DNA of 64,000 nucleotides from Blastocystis sp. Blastoise (lineage: Eukaryota > Protista > Bigyra: Opalinata), in assembly GCA_039096225.1 (NCBI GenBank), contig JBBPEB010000014.1:1860001-1924000 (forward strand). The letters run 5' to 3'. Made by a program: the position numbers and the translations under genes. Of this stretch, positions 24,965 through 39,405 are shown piece by piece (the stretch's first letter is position 1; every line of letters starts with the position of its first letter). The notes under the pieces were generated by a model. That model saw nothing but the letters and a program-made list of their open reading frames with translations. It made no database searches and had not been told where the DNA came from.

Positions 24965-25006
24965 ATTGAAGTATCAGCATTAGGATATCCATGTTGAACA
25001 TGCTCA

Positions 25007-25050
<44 letters not shown>

Positions 25051-25948
25051 GAGAGGGACCTGTTATAGAAAAAGAAATATCATCTGATTTTTTATCTTTC
25101 TATATATTATATATATATCATATTTAATAAAACAATAAAATAATAATAATAATAAAAATTCTAAAAAACTATATAAAAATAAAATAAAATAATATATATA
25201 TATATACACGTTTAAAAAAAGAGAAAAGCCCTCCCTTCTTCTTCTTCTGATTCTTTTTTTCTTTTTGAAATACAACTTCATTCTTCATTTTCTGTGATGT
25301 GCTTAATATCTATATATATATATATTTATTATTATATTATCAAAAAAATATTTAAAGAAATAACAAGTTTATAGTCATTAAAATCTTAAAAACTAATAAC
25401 ATCTAAAAAAATAATAACATTTAAAAAACTAATAACATAAAATAAATAACATCTAAAAAAACAATAACATAAACAATAAAATTATATACTTTTCCATAAA
25501 AATCGGCTCCTTGTGTTTCATCACAAAATAGAAAACAGAAAGATCCTAATTCATGTTGTAAAATAGCTATTTGTTGTTGATTTTCATCAAGATAAGGTTC
25601 GAAATTATAATATAATTCAATTTCAAACAGAATATCAAATGTCTATTTAAAATATAATTAAATAGAGAAACATTTTTAAAAAAGTAATTTGTAAATGAAT
25701 AATACGATAATCAGAAATAGCATATCGATAGTACTACTTACATGGATATCGTAAATTCTTATTGCTGTTGTTTTCAACTTTCTAGATACAAATAATGTCA
25801 AATATCCAACAATACTTGGATCTCTCCAATTATCTTCATCATCACCGTAAGCACTAATGAGTAATTTGCAAATACTTATATGTAAAGAACTACAGTACGA
25901 TCCTAAGCTCTCTTGAATACGCTTTTCGACTTCTGCAGGTATTTCCAT
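24517..25948 (-). CDS. WASP-like protein (WH1/EVH1 + basic region + CRIB) lacking the VCA tail; 7 exons
   Basis: WH1-like ICKLL...NW...GYLTLF...IRIYDI|..[14 protein letters not shown]...[19 protein letters not shown]; basic [14 protein letters not shown]; CRIB ITGPSH|FEHVQH. Confidence 0.8.
24878..24963 (-). repeat. Intron consisting only of GT(AT)41AG
   Basis: 86 nt, not a multiple of 3; splicing joins ...ADTSM|AGISPP in frame. Confidence 0.85.
25009..25048 (-). repeat. Intron consisting only of GT(AT)18AG
   Basis: 40 nt; splits the CRIB motif ITGPSH|FEHVQH. Confidence 0.88.
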
Positions 25949-27215
25949 ATTATAATTATATATATATTTTGTAAACTATACAATTCTATCTCTTTAACTT
26001 GTATTTCATGAAACAAAGAATTCTTATTATTTTTTAAATCACGGGAATCTTTAATACCATAATGAATTTTTCTTGATAACCATGTTTTAATAAATATCTA
26101 GTTGTTATCATGGTTTCTTTGGTTATATAATCTATTTTAAGCAAAAAAACAAAATTTCCCTTTATTATATCTTTTTAACTGTCTATTATTCTTTTGTCAG
26201 TTTTTTTAATATCACTGATTTGTCCAGACATAAACCTATGATATCTATTTTCTTTGTCAACAAATAACAGCCGTTACAGTTTTTGTAACCGCAATTGAAT
26301 AGATTTATTATGTTGAATTCTTTTTTATCGATATTCTAATTATGATTCTAATTCTTCAAGAACTTCAATTACACATTCAACAAAATGAAATATCTGCTTC
26401 TTTGAAAAAGAGTAAAAATGATGAATCCTTGACTCATTTTCATCTTGAAAAGTATTTTCTTAATGATTTCAAACGCCATTCATCTATACATAACTATTTG
26501 ACTATTGAATTTGAAGAAAGAACAAAATAATAATAAACAATACTACTCAGTATCATTTTAACCAGGTCAGATTATTTTAAAATCGATTCTCTAATGAAAA
26601 TAAAGCATTTACAATTATGTTTGAACTCATGAATAAAGCCTATCAGAAAACAAATAAGTCTTTATTGTTTATAATTCTTGTTTCATTCAAGAAGACATGA
26701 ATGCATTATGTATTAAAAACATAAAAATAAAAAATAATATAATTAAATCTTAATATAATAGGAGATAAGAAGAAAAGAAACAAAATTGGTTTTAAGAAAT
26801 CGAAATATAGAGTCATTTTCTAGAATAATCATAAAAATAAAAAGTGATTATGAATAGAATCATTAATAATGAATAACCTTCCTTTTTAGAAACTGATTTC
26901 TGTTTTTCTAAAAAGAAATGTTTTTCAGGGAGAAATATGAAAATAAACTCTGAGACACATATAGATTCACGGTTTTCATAGTTTTCTCAAATGTAATTTC
27001 TCACTTAGTTAGAAACCATTAATAAAGCTAGGGTTTAATTTAAATCATATTAATTATTATAATTTCGAATTCGTTTTAGTCGTAAAACGAGATTAAAATA
27101 GCGAAAACCAATCAAAATACTCTCATTAACCTTATATCAAGTATTTTATATTATTAATTTCTCAATGAATATTATTTATTGCATTGTATAGATATTTTGT
27201 ATATAATAGCAATCA

Positions 27216-27742
27216 ATGGGTAAGGGAAGAAGAGGCCAAATTGGTCATTATTCAAGGGATGTGAAGAATACTCCAAAACAGACTATTCCTGTGATAACAG
27301 GAACACCAAGTAAATCTAATCTTAAAAAGCCAAAGAAGTCAGATTCATCTTTAAGACAGAATAATCGTGGCATTTCTTCTTACTTAAGTAAACCAAATGT
27401 TCGTAGAACACATGGATCAGATCTTATTAAGAAAACCAAGAAGGGTTCAGAAACATCTATAAATGAATTAGTTGAACAAGTACGTGATATGAGTATTCAA
27501 GAAGAAAAAGAAGAAGATATAAAAGAATTTCCTATGATAGATTATGAAGAATATATATCATCACCTATATCTCCATTAGATTATAATGAAAAAAGTCCAG
27601 ATTCTCCATGTTTAACTCGAAAAGGTAGTTTTGAATTATCTATGAAGAAATCACCCATAGTGACTTTTTCAGATATTGATTATGAAGATGATGAAATCAA
27701 TCATTCCGTTGAACATCTAGATCTTAATGATAATATTGGATT

Positions 27743-27798
<56 letters not shown>

Positions 27799-28803
27799 GT
27801 TTTTTTATATATATGGGGGTTTTTTATGTATGCAAAATCATTTTTTATTAAATGAAATATATAAAGAATTATAATAATGTTATTTGTTGATTTTTTTTTA
27901 ACATATTTTTTTCAATATATATTTTATATTCTTATAAAAAAATTTTTAATTATATATATTATTAACATTATTATTATTAAATAATATTTTAAATAGATAT
28001 AGATATGTGTTCCTCGCGATCCCCCTCGATCCCCCCTGAGGAGATGACAGAGTTAACGGATATTGATAAAGAATCAATCGTACAAGACTTATTATCGTTA
28101 GTATTCTTTAGAGATAATTATTATACTGCACAAGGGTATCAACCATTACCTATAGGAAAAAAAGAAGAAATATTCATGATTATTATGAACTCTGTTTTTA
28201 TTGAAGAACATACAAGTGATGACATGGATTTACGTATATATATATATATATGTATTATTATATTCATTATTATTATTTTTTTAATATTTATTTATTCATT
28301 ATTATGCTTATTATATTTAGAATAATAATAATAATAATAATATATATATATATATATATATATATTTAGAAGGAGAGGAATATTTAGTATGTTTCTTTAC
28401 TCAGAAAGTAGTTCTATATATATTAAAAGAAATGAAATATGAACGTCCTTATGGCATGTCTGGAAGATATTTATTATTAGAAGTATATATATATAGGATT
28501 TATTATTATTATATTTATTATTATTATCATTTTTTTTTGTTTTTTTTATTTTTATTTTATTTTATTTTTTTTTTTTTTTTTTTTTTGGTTTTTTTGGTTT
28601 TTTGTATTTATTATTATAATATTTATTATTATTCTTACTATTGAGCTTAGTATTATATTTCTTATTATCCTTAGTAATATATTTATTATAATATAGAATA
28701 TATGTCATATGAGTCGTGAGTTATATCTTACTATATCACAATGTCTCTATATATCACTAACGGATTATTTACTATTAGAACGAGGAACGCCATATACAGA
28801 ACC

Positions 28804-28882
<79 letters not shown>

Positions 28883-29029
28883 TTATATTTATTATCCAGA
28901 TGAGCAGCCTTCTGCAGCTATAACTATATTAACAGGACATCCTCATAGATATATATCTCTTTTTGAAGCACTTGTTCAGGTATATATATATATATATATT
29001 GCAAATCTTTTTTTTTCTATTAAATGATA

Positions 29030-29065
<36 letters not shown>

Positions 29066-29344
29066 TATAGTTACTTCGTGAGTTTCTTCAATATGATGAT
29101 CCTACTGTAGTATCAAAAACATATAATTATTATTCACAATATACATATATACATTTATCATCCTTAATTATTCTTCTTAAAACTAGAAGTGCACTTACTA
29201 AATATACAGCCTTATTATCTTCTTCATCTATTATATTATTCTCTGTCAATAAAGCAATTTTACCGCGATTATTTGAAGGTATTATTAAAGTATGGCCTAA
29301 AGGATATTCTGATAAGGTATTTATATTTTTATTATTATTATTAA

Positions 29345-29392
<48 letters not shown>

Positions 29393-30006
29393 GGAGTTTT
29401 CGTTATTAGAGTATTTAGAGCAAGTCTTGTCTTCTCTTCCTCCTATATATTTATTAAAAGATTATAAAATATGTATATATAATATATTAAAACGTATATG
29501 TCAGTGTATTCATTCTTTTCAAGCAAAAATTGCTTCAAGAGCTATTACTTTATTAAATAACTATTATATATGTACTAATTGTATATATACTGATAATGAT
29601 ATTTGTGAACTTGTCAAAAATACATTTAATGAAGGAAGTATATATATTTATTCTTTTTATTATTATTATTATCTTCATTTTAAATAGCATCAAATTATAT
29701 ATATTTATTATATATATATAATTATAGTGAATTATTGGAATCCTATAGTAGCAGAAGCATGTGAAACTGCATTTGATAAAATGTTAGATATGGTATAATA
29801 TATATACATATATATATATAAAATTATTTTATCATTATACAATTCAAATATAATACATATATACTTTTTTAAACAATATATATATAATATATATATATAT
29901 ACATTTCTTCATCTTTTTCTTTCTTTTTTTTTTTCTTCTTTTTATTTTTTATTTTTTTTTCTTTTATTTTCTTAATCATTTTTTTTTGTTTTTAAAATAG
30001 ATCTAA
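27216..30006 (+). CDS. Divergent PP2A regulatory subunit B' (B56)-like protein with a basic/acidic N-terminal extension
   Basis: IIKVWPKGYSDK|EFSLLEYLEQVL...KRICQCIHSFQAKIASRAITLLNNYYI...NYWNPIV matches B56 LLKYWP..NS.KE...IAKC..S.HFQVAERAL...NNEYI...HWN. Ends at 30006 via a 6-nt terminal exon, or at 29798 if the last intron is not spliced. Confidence 0.75.
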
Positions 30007-31077
30007 TGTTTATTTTTATTTCTTTATTATCACAAATATGATTAACTCTGGTATATATTTATTCTATTAATATACAATAATTCAGACTCATGTGCTTTTA
30101 TTGTTGTTTTTTTATTTACCATACATTCTATATATAACAATAACATCTTTTTAAAACAATTTATTATTTATTGTCCTGTATTAATTCGTTATTGCTATCA
30201 TTATAAAGAGAATATATATTTTTATTCTGAAACAACTTTTTTTTAATTAAAAATAGTGAAATAATTTCATCTATATTTAAACAGATACATTAAAATAAAT
30301 TTATAGTCTCACATAAAAGTTGTTTGAGATTTTAAAAAATTAAATAAAAAAGATGTATGGAAACGTCCACATCAGTTGATGTCAAGCTGTACACATGACT
30401 ATAAAACTTGTTTTGAATAATACACCGAATCTCACTTATTATTTAATTCATCAAAGAACAAGAAACTCCATAAAATACCTTTAACTTGCCTTTATGCATT
30501 TCTTATGTTTTCTGAAATCATTCACTACAAGATATTGCTATTATTAATCATTTTAGGGATAAAATCAGTTTGATCAAAGAAGAAGAAAAATTATCAAATG
30601 AAAAAAACAAAAAAATTATCGGATTCATGATAAAAACTGAAAAGACCGTCGAATTCAGCAAAAAAACTTGGAAAAAATCAGTATAATAATGAGGAAACGA
30701 TAAACGAATACATAGATTTATAGTTTTTTTGTTTTTAATTTTTATTTTTGTTTAGCAAACATTACGATTTGAAGAGATTCTTCATTTACTACTAATTTCA
30801 GGACTACACACAGTATTTACACTATATATATATTATTTGGATATACTAATTCTGGTTTTTTCTCTAATAGTAGTATTCAATTCTTTCAGTGGTCATTCAC
30901 TAATTCTTCTTTTCAACGTCTATTCTTTTTGTCACGTATTTGAATATCTTGTTTTATTTATTTTGTTTGTAATGTATTTAGATACTAACTTATTTTTATC
31001 ATTATAATTTATTATCATGTATATAGTAAATTTAGAAATACAAGCATCTACAATTTATTCCAAATTAAATATAAAAT

Positions 31078-31704
31078 ATGGATGTACGTTTTTTTTTATA
31101 AAACATCGATCTTTTTTTCTATAGAACAACGACAGTAATGATGATTCATGTGACGATAAAACATATGAGTTAAATATTGTATCTTATATTTTCTAAATTT
31201 ATTGTTATCTCAATTATTGATTGATATTCATAGAATGAAGATAATGTCACTCAAGAAAATCATCGAGAGATTTCTTACCGTTCAGCAAAAAATATCAAGC
31301 AGAGCTCTAGAATTCAAAATGGATTATGGAATCAAAGAGATCATTTACCCGTATTGCTTCAACAATGGTGCACACCAGAAGGATATTTAAATAGTCCCAT
31401 AAATCAACGAAAAGTTTATTCTGAAGCATTTAATCATGTGATTCAAACAGAAGTCGAACCAAGAGCAAAAGAATTAAGGTATATATATATATATATATAT
31501 TTTTTTTCTATTGAATTGATTGTATATAATTTATAATATTATATATAGAGAAAAAATAAAACAGAATTCAGATTATACATATAAAAAAACAGATAATTTA
31601 CATATATATTTGTTATTATTATTAATATATATTTATAGATAATTCTACATATCAATCACAGTCTACACAATATGTATATATTATTATTTATTTATTTATT
31701 ATAT

Positions 31705-31735
<31 letters not shown>

Positions 31736-31758
31736 TTATATTTATTTATTTATTATAT

Positions 31759-31793
<35 letters not shown>

Positions 31794-32196
31794 TTATATT
31801 TATTTATTATATTTATTTATTATATTTATTTATTTATTTATTTATTTATTATATTTATTTATTATATTATTGTTTATATTATTTATAATTTTTATTAATA
31901 ATAATATAGATTGTTTGGTCACCCCAAATGGATTTAATATTATTTGAATCTATGATAAAATTTATGAATCAAAATTATACATCAGTACAAAATAAGAAAT
32001 TGAATTGGTCTACAATTGCTAAATATTATATAAGTAAACAAAATAATTTAAATGAAAAACTAAATAATTATGATGCTAATAGTACTGCTGATTTAAAGAA
32101 ATTAGGAACAAAATTAAATTCAAGATTTACACGGTGTGTTTATGGAGATACAAATCAGTATATAGTTATATTTATTTATTTATTTATTTTTTTTTT

Positions 32197-32275
<79 letters not shown>

Positions 32276-32566
32276 TATTTATATTTATAAATTTGATAAT
32301 AATAGAATATAATTAATATATAATTAATATATATATATATAGGGCATGTACAGACGATGAACAAGAAGCAATATTATATTTATATAATCACGGTTATTCA
32401 TATGCTAATATCTGTTTGGTATGTTGATATATATTGTTATATTTATCTATTATATTTATATATTATGTTTATTATGATATTTATTTATTATTATATTTTA
32501 TATATTTATTACTAAATAGTATTTAACTCGTCGATCAGCAGATTGGGTTCATGGAATGTTAAGGAA

Positions 32567-32630
<64 letters not shown>

Positions 32631-32929
32631 TTATAGATACCTAATTTAGATAAAAAGAAAACTAATTTAAAAGAAGATGAAAATACTGATGCATTTTCAC
32701 AAACGAAAAGAAAAGAAAAAGGAAATTATAAGAAATCGTCAACTGTTGATTCTATAAAGATATCTACTACAAATAATACATATCCTTCTCTTTCTACTAG
32801 TGATTGTTTTCAACAGAGTGTACATGATGATACATCACAACCGTTTATATGTGATTATCCAGTATGTGTTAATAATGCTAATAGTATTCACAATAAGGAT
32901 AGTAATACTAATAATAATACTACTACTAC

Positions 32930-32994
<65 letters not shown>

Positions 32995-33496
32995 TACCAT
33001 CCGCGGCAGAAATAAAACTTCCTTCATTGCCCTCTATTAATGCTGTTTGTCAGATACCTGATGCTAATAATAATAATAGTAATAATATATCAAATAATAA
33101 TAATAATAATAATAATATATCAAATAATAATAGTAATCATCTCTTTTTTTCATATGGATCTGATACATTTTCGTTTCCAAAGCAGTCTTCATCAATTCCA
33201 ATTATCCGAATTGAGCCTGAAATACCTGATAATTATATAAACAATTCAGGTATGACAACTTATAATAATCAGCTAATGTTTAATACTAATTGTTGTGATA
33301 ATTATTCAAATGTTGATTTGCTAGATGGTTGTTCTGAAAATAATAATATACAATTAGAAAATTCGAATATGTTTGAACAACAACAATTCTTAAATGATGC
33401 TTATGGCACTATTGATTATAATTCTATTTATCTTAATAATTATAATGAAGATAATCATAATAATAATAATTATAATGAAGATAATCATAATCATAA

Positions 33497-33561
<65 letters not shown>

Positions 33562-34262
33562 TATGTTTTATTCCTCCAACTGGTTACACTAAACCAGTTA
33601 TTAAGGAAACAGTAAATGATACAGAATCTCCTATTCGCCTCTTTTCAACTATTACTAATAATAATAATAATAATATAGTTAATCCAGAATATTCTACATT
33701 TCAAAGTGATATACAATCTTATTCTACTGGTACTTTACATCTAGATAAAGATCGTTCAAAAGTCATATATGATCATATATTCAATAATGATATTCAAAAT
33801 TCTAATTATGAAAATAATCAAGATAATCATACTCAAGAGAATTTCTATGAACAAAATAGTTCTGAACAATTAAATAGTGAAGAACAAACGACAGATATGT
33901 ATACTCTTAATAATACTGACACTACAGATTTTTATACAAATTATCAAATAAATGATAATTTATCTTTGCATTCATATATAAATAATGATGAAACTAATGG
34001 AATACTCCCATATTATAATACATATAATGATACTATTATTAATGATGAATTTTCTTTTTCTAGATTAAACACATTAAATAACGATTTTAATAGCCATCCT
34101 GATTCTTCTTCTTATAATAATTTTAATCATTTAGATAATGAAAATCATACAAATTCTTTTCTTTCTATATACCCTCAAACAGGGATGGAATCAAATAATA
34201 TCTATGAATTAGATTCAAGTACTATAAATAGTAAGCAAAGTCAATATGTTAATAATTTATAA
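31078..34262 (+). CDS. Myb-like (two-repeat) transcription factor with Asn-rich C-terminal region
   Basis: 6-nt first coding exon (ATG GAT). Repeats IVWSPQMDLILFESM...LNWSTIAKYY...LNSRF and ACTDDEQEAILYLYNHGYSYANICL|YLTRRSADWV; large last exon includes ORF 33027-34262. Confidence 0.7.
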
Positions 34263-35045
34263 AAGAAAAATCATTCATAAGAAACATTACTATTTCCTTG
34301 TTAATAACTCTTGTTATTCATTATATTATTATAGTTACATCATGCTATCTCTTTTTTTGAACTTTTATTCTTCCATATTTGTTAATTATATATATATATT
34401 ATTTATTTTAAACGTCACTTATTTACTTTTCCTTTTTCTTACCATTATTTCATAAAATGTTGCTATTCTATCTTGTCAATTATAATTGCCAACTACGCTT
34501 TTTTCTCTTTTTTCATTTGCTTTTTTTTTTAATCATTACAGTGTTGGTGCTTATTATTGATTATCCACTTATTTAAAACAGTTATTCACATATTCAAAGC
34601 TATTATCCACTTATTTTAGTTATTATTCTTCAGTAAATACAAACATGACTTCATTGCAACAACATAATAATCAATATTATTTTTGCCTTTTAGTATTTTG
34701 AGTATATATATAGATAAATAGATAGATAAACACAACAATGATCATGTATTTCAATTAATGACACAATAAATGATGAATAAAATATAATACGAAAATATTA
34801 TTGGGATGTTTTTAGATTTCACGGAAAACAAAAAAAATAAACAAGAATTAATTTTTACGAAGACACTATTGTGTATCATCATATTAGGAAAGAAAACGAT
34901 ATGGAAATAATGAAAATACTTGCGAAGGATCTCAGATTCCCATGTTTATTTTACAATACAGAATACCAAAAAAAAATCATAGGAAAGTGTTTATCATCTC
35001 GTTAACAATTACTTTCATTTTATTTTCGCCGAGGAACAAAGCAAA

Positions 35046-35332
35046 ATGAATTATTTTTATATGATTGCCATTCTGTTTTTCTTCTTAACAGCCTCGTATG
35101 TTTTTTATGTATTACTTCCAGGTAATTCATGTTAGCTATGACTTGCTTGGAATATATTCAAAAATTAGTAATCTTCTCAGACTCTACAATAGTAGAATTT
35201 ATAATATAAAAACCGTTGAACGTTTTGCTTTCTTTCAAAAAGCATCATCTTTTGCTGATTCGTCAGCTCCTTTTGATGTCACTCTAGTTAGTCAAACTTC
35301 GTATTTTTTTTTTATTATTAGTTGTGTTTCTT

Positions 35333-35363
<31 letters not shown>

Positions 35364-35393
35364 TTTTATTTATTTATTTATTTATTTATTTAT

Positions 35394-35429
<36 letters not shown>

Positions 35430-36003
35430 TATTATTATTTAGAAAGGAACGTATATTTTATTTCAACTATTTAACAAAGCGCTGGAATGGGTAAGAACAC
35501 AAAATTATTAATAATATATTTGTATTTATATATATATATAGGAAGATATCTGTAGGTTTATGTTTTGATGATTCTCTTGCTGATAAGATTAATATTCTGA
35601 CTGAAAATAGTTACTTTGGACCAAGAGTTAGTTTATATCAATATTATTCAAATAATCCTAATGTTTATCCTATTAATTTATTACGTAATATTGCTATTAA
35701 AAATATAAAAACAACTCATTTTTGGTTAACAGATATGGATATGTGGCCTGCATGTATATATTATATTTATTATTATTATTATATTTATTATTATTATTAT
35801 ATTTATTATTATTATTATATTTATTATTTTTATTATTATTTATATTATTTATATTATTATATAGGTGATTTATATGAATCATTACATGCGTTACCTGCAG
35901 CCATCCATAATGATGATAAAATGGCGGTAATTGTTCCCGCGTTTGAATATAAAATGACAACTCCCTGTAATTCCCTTGAAGAATGTGTTAAAGTGTATAT
36001 ATA

Positions 36004-36075
<72 letters not shown>

Positions 36076-36344
36076 GTCTTTCTGGATCATTTCCTCGTAA
36101 TAAAACGGAATTACTTCAATGCGTCGATGACGGTATATGTAATATATTCAGAATGAAAGCACACACACATATATCCTTATTATTATTATTATTATTATTA
36201 TTCCCTATGAATTATATATATATATATATTCCTTAATCTATGTACTCCTATATATTCCCTGAATGGTATTCATTTAATATTACCTCTCCTTATACACTTG
36301 TGGAATGTTTCCCTAATAAACTACAAGAACCTTATATATATATA

Positions 36345-36427
<83 letters not shown>

Positions 36428-36606
36428 CTATCTATCTAGTTATATTATGTTAAAGAAGACTTCAGATTTACCATTATTTGATCCTCGTTTTATTAATTAT
36501 GGTTTTAATAAAATACAATGGATAGAAGAACTACGATATAAGGGATGGGCATTTAGTGTATTAACGAATTCATTTGCTGTTGATGTTCCTCATCCTAAGT
36601 ATATAG

Positions 36607-36684
<78 letters not shown>

Positions 36685-37148
36685 AATAATAATTATATTA
36701 CATTAATATCTATATATATATATATAGATCTAAGTTTGCCATAGATTATATTGACCAATGGAAAGATAGAAATAAGGTAGAAATGAAAAATTTATATGAT
36801 TCCTTTATGAAGAATTTATATACTAATATAAAAGATGAGAGTGTTGTATATTTATGTAAAAATGAAATAAATTCTAAAATTAATAAGAATATAAAGCCAG
36901 TTTCAGATATTAAAATGTCAAATAGTGGAGACACCGTACAATTATCTGCACGTCAATTGGCAAATCATAATTCTTATACTAATAATAATAATAATTCAGA
37001 TAATAATAATATTGTTGGTACTAATATTGATAATAGTACTACTACTACTGGTACTACTATTGATAATAATTCTTCTACTACTACTAATACTGCTTCTACT
37101 TCTGAAGATATAAAAAATCCCTCACTTCGTAGCGTAGAACAGAACTAG
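35046..37148 (+). CDS. GT49 / LARGE-B4GAT1-like glycosyltransferase
   Basis: Signal anchor; FDVTLVSQTS..ER; YPINLLRNIAIKNIKTTHFWLTDMDMWP (DxD); AVIVPAFE; EPY...PLFDPRFINYGFNKIQWIEELRYKG...FAVDVPHP. Confidence 0.92.
36171..36245 (+). other. U12-type AT-AC intron in the GT49 gene
   Basis: Perfect U12 donor ATATCCTT at 36171, branch site TTCCTTAAT at 36229-36237, acceptor TAC at 36243-36245. Joins AHTH|SYIFPEW in frame; unspliced read-through hits TAA. Confidence 0.92.
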
Positions 37149-37161
37149 TTTCATTTAGTTC

Positions 37162-37193
<32 letters not shown>

Positions 37194-38650
37194 GTATTAT
37201 TATTATTGGTATAAAATATACTATATATACTTATAATAACGCACACAATTATTCTTAATTTTTTTTTTTTATTATTATTTTTATTAATTACATATATATG
37301 TATATATAGTTCTTTATTATATTTATATATTTTTTTTCTTTATTAATCTTGAAATAATTTATCTGATGTGATTATTATTTTCTTTGTCATTTCTCTTCCT
37401 TCTTTCGCCCAATATATCTACTCTATATATATATATATACTATTCATTATTATATATTTTTTTGTTACCTATATTATATTATTTAAAATTAATTATTTTA
37501 TTAACATTTTCTTCGTTGTTATTTATATTACCATAGTGTTGTTACTTTTGATATTTCATCATTTTTTCCATTTATCTTTATATTATCAGAATAATTAAGA
37601 TTATTTATATCTTATATATATATCTTTATATATGATATATAAAAAATATTTAAAAAACTTATTCTTTTTCAAGGTAAAATCATTATAAACTTTATATATA
37701 TATATTGATCATTTTATAAAACATTCTTTTTTTCTTTAACAAGAAAAATCTAGTTTTTTCAGTTTTATTTATATGTATATAATTTTCTATTTGCCTTTAT
37801 TCTGATATGTCATCAAAATATATATATATATGTATTCCTTCAATATATTTATATGTTTGTCTTTATAGTATATAATAATTTTTAATTAGTATTTAGAAAG
37901 TTATACATCATTTTTTTTATTCATCATTTTTTTTTTTATACTATAAATATTCTATTTTTATATTATATTAGTCTTTATATGGCACGAATATATTTTATAT
38001 GTTTTTCTTCAATTTTTTTATTTCTTTGATTAATATATATATTTTATATTCTTCTTTTATATTCAAAATTTTTAGAATGTTATTTATTTATTGCTATAGT
38101 TTTTATTTAATTATTTAAGGAATACACTATTTTATGTATTAAACATGATATATACAGAATAAACCGAGTAAAATTATTACTTTATATTGTCATATATCCA
38201 TTGTCATTATTTTAATAATATATAAGAGTATTTCATATTGAAAAACAAATAATTAGGAAATAAAAGATTTATAAAAATAAATATGATACAATATATTCCT
38301 CTTGTTATGTGAACAATAATTTTTTTAAGAATTGCTATTGATTCCCATTTATATCATATATATTAGTATTATTCATTTACTTGCGTAATACTGCTGACAA
38401 TAACAAAAACAGCAAGTTTTTTTACTTTATAAATACTAATATAATTTACAATTCATTATATATATGTTACTATCAATTCACTTTTGGTCAAAAAAGTCAA
38501 CAATTATTAATATGTAGATCTAATCTATTAATAATAATGTTAATTAATATAGTAAGATATATGAATATATAGATTTATGATGAATATTGATAATTGATTG
38601 ATTTAATTAGATATTTGTTTAATTATGATCTATTCATTATAAATAATCAT

Positions 38651-39369
38651 CTATTGTTTTGAACTTTCCCTAAGTATATATAATATGATATATAAAAAAA
38701 TTAAAATATATATATATATATAATATATATACCCTTTGAAGATATTGAAATAGACAATACAAAGAACTTGAATGACTGCTAATATAATAAAAGTGATGGC
38801 AGGACCAAAAGAAGAATTAACAATAGGAAATACAAAAGAAATAACTATATTTAATACCCATAGCAATACATTTGCTAAACCTAATCCTTTGTCTATGTAT
38901 ATAGAGTCTTAATAATAGTTATATATATATAGTTATAATTCTATTTGTTTTGAATTAAATAATCAATAATAAAAAATAATTATGAAAATAATTATATTAC
39001 TACATGAAAATAGAAAATATATATATAAGTTTATATTAAAATATGGTGTATATATAAATTTTAAAAAAGTATATATTATAATTATAAGATATAATTCTAT
39101 ATATATAAAAATCATGTACCCATAATATCTTTAGGGAAGTCTTGTGATGCCATTACATAAAATAATGGTCCAGGACCTGTTTCAAATCCAAGTATGAACA
39201 TAACAACGCCTATATTGATAGATAGGAATAAATAATGATGTGCATTATAAGAATAATAGTAAAAAAGAAGAAGAAGAGACTAATCATTATTATTAGCAAG
39301 AAGATATATAAATAATAGAAATCGTATTAAGTAATTATAATTAATAATATTAATCATATATAGAAACCA

Positions 39370-39405
<36 letters not shown>

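Noticed and set aside
26342-26530. 62-aa ORF between divergent genes
   Set aside because: No recognisable motif or splice continuation; cannot be supported, though a small gene is not excluded.
29110-29190. Possible retained or non-canonical intron in the B56-like gene
   Set aside because: The frame is open and SLIILLKT aligns with B56 VLIPLHK, so it is exonic.
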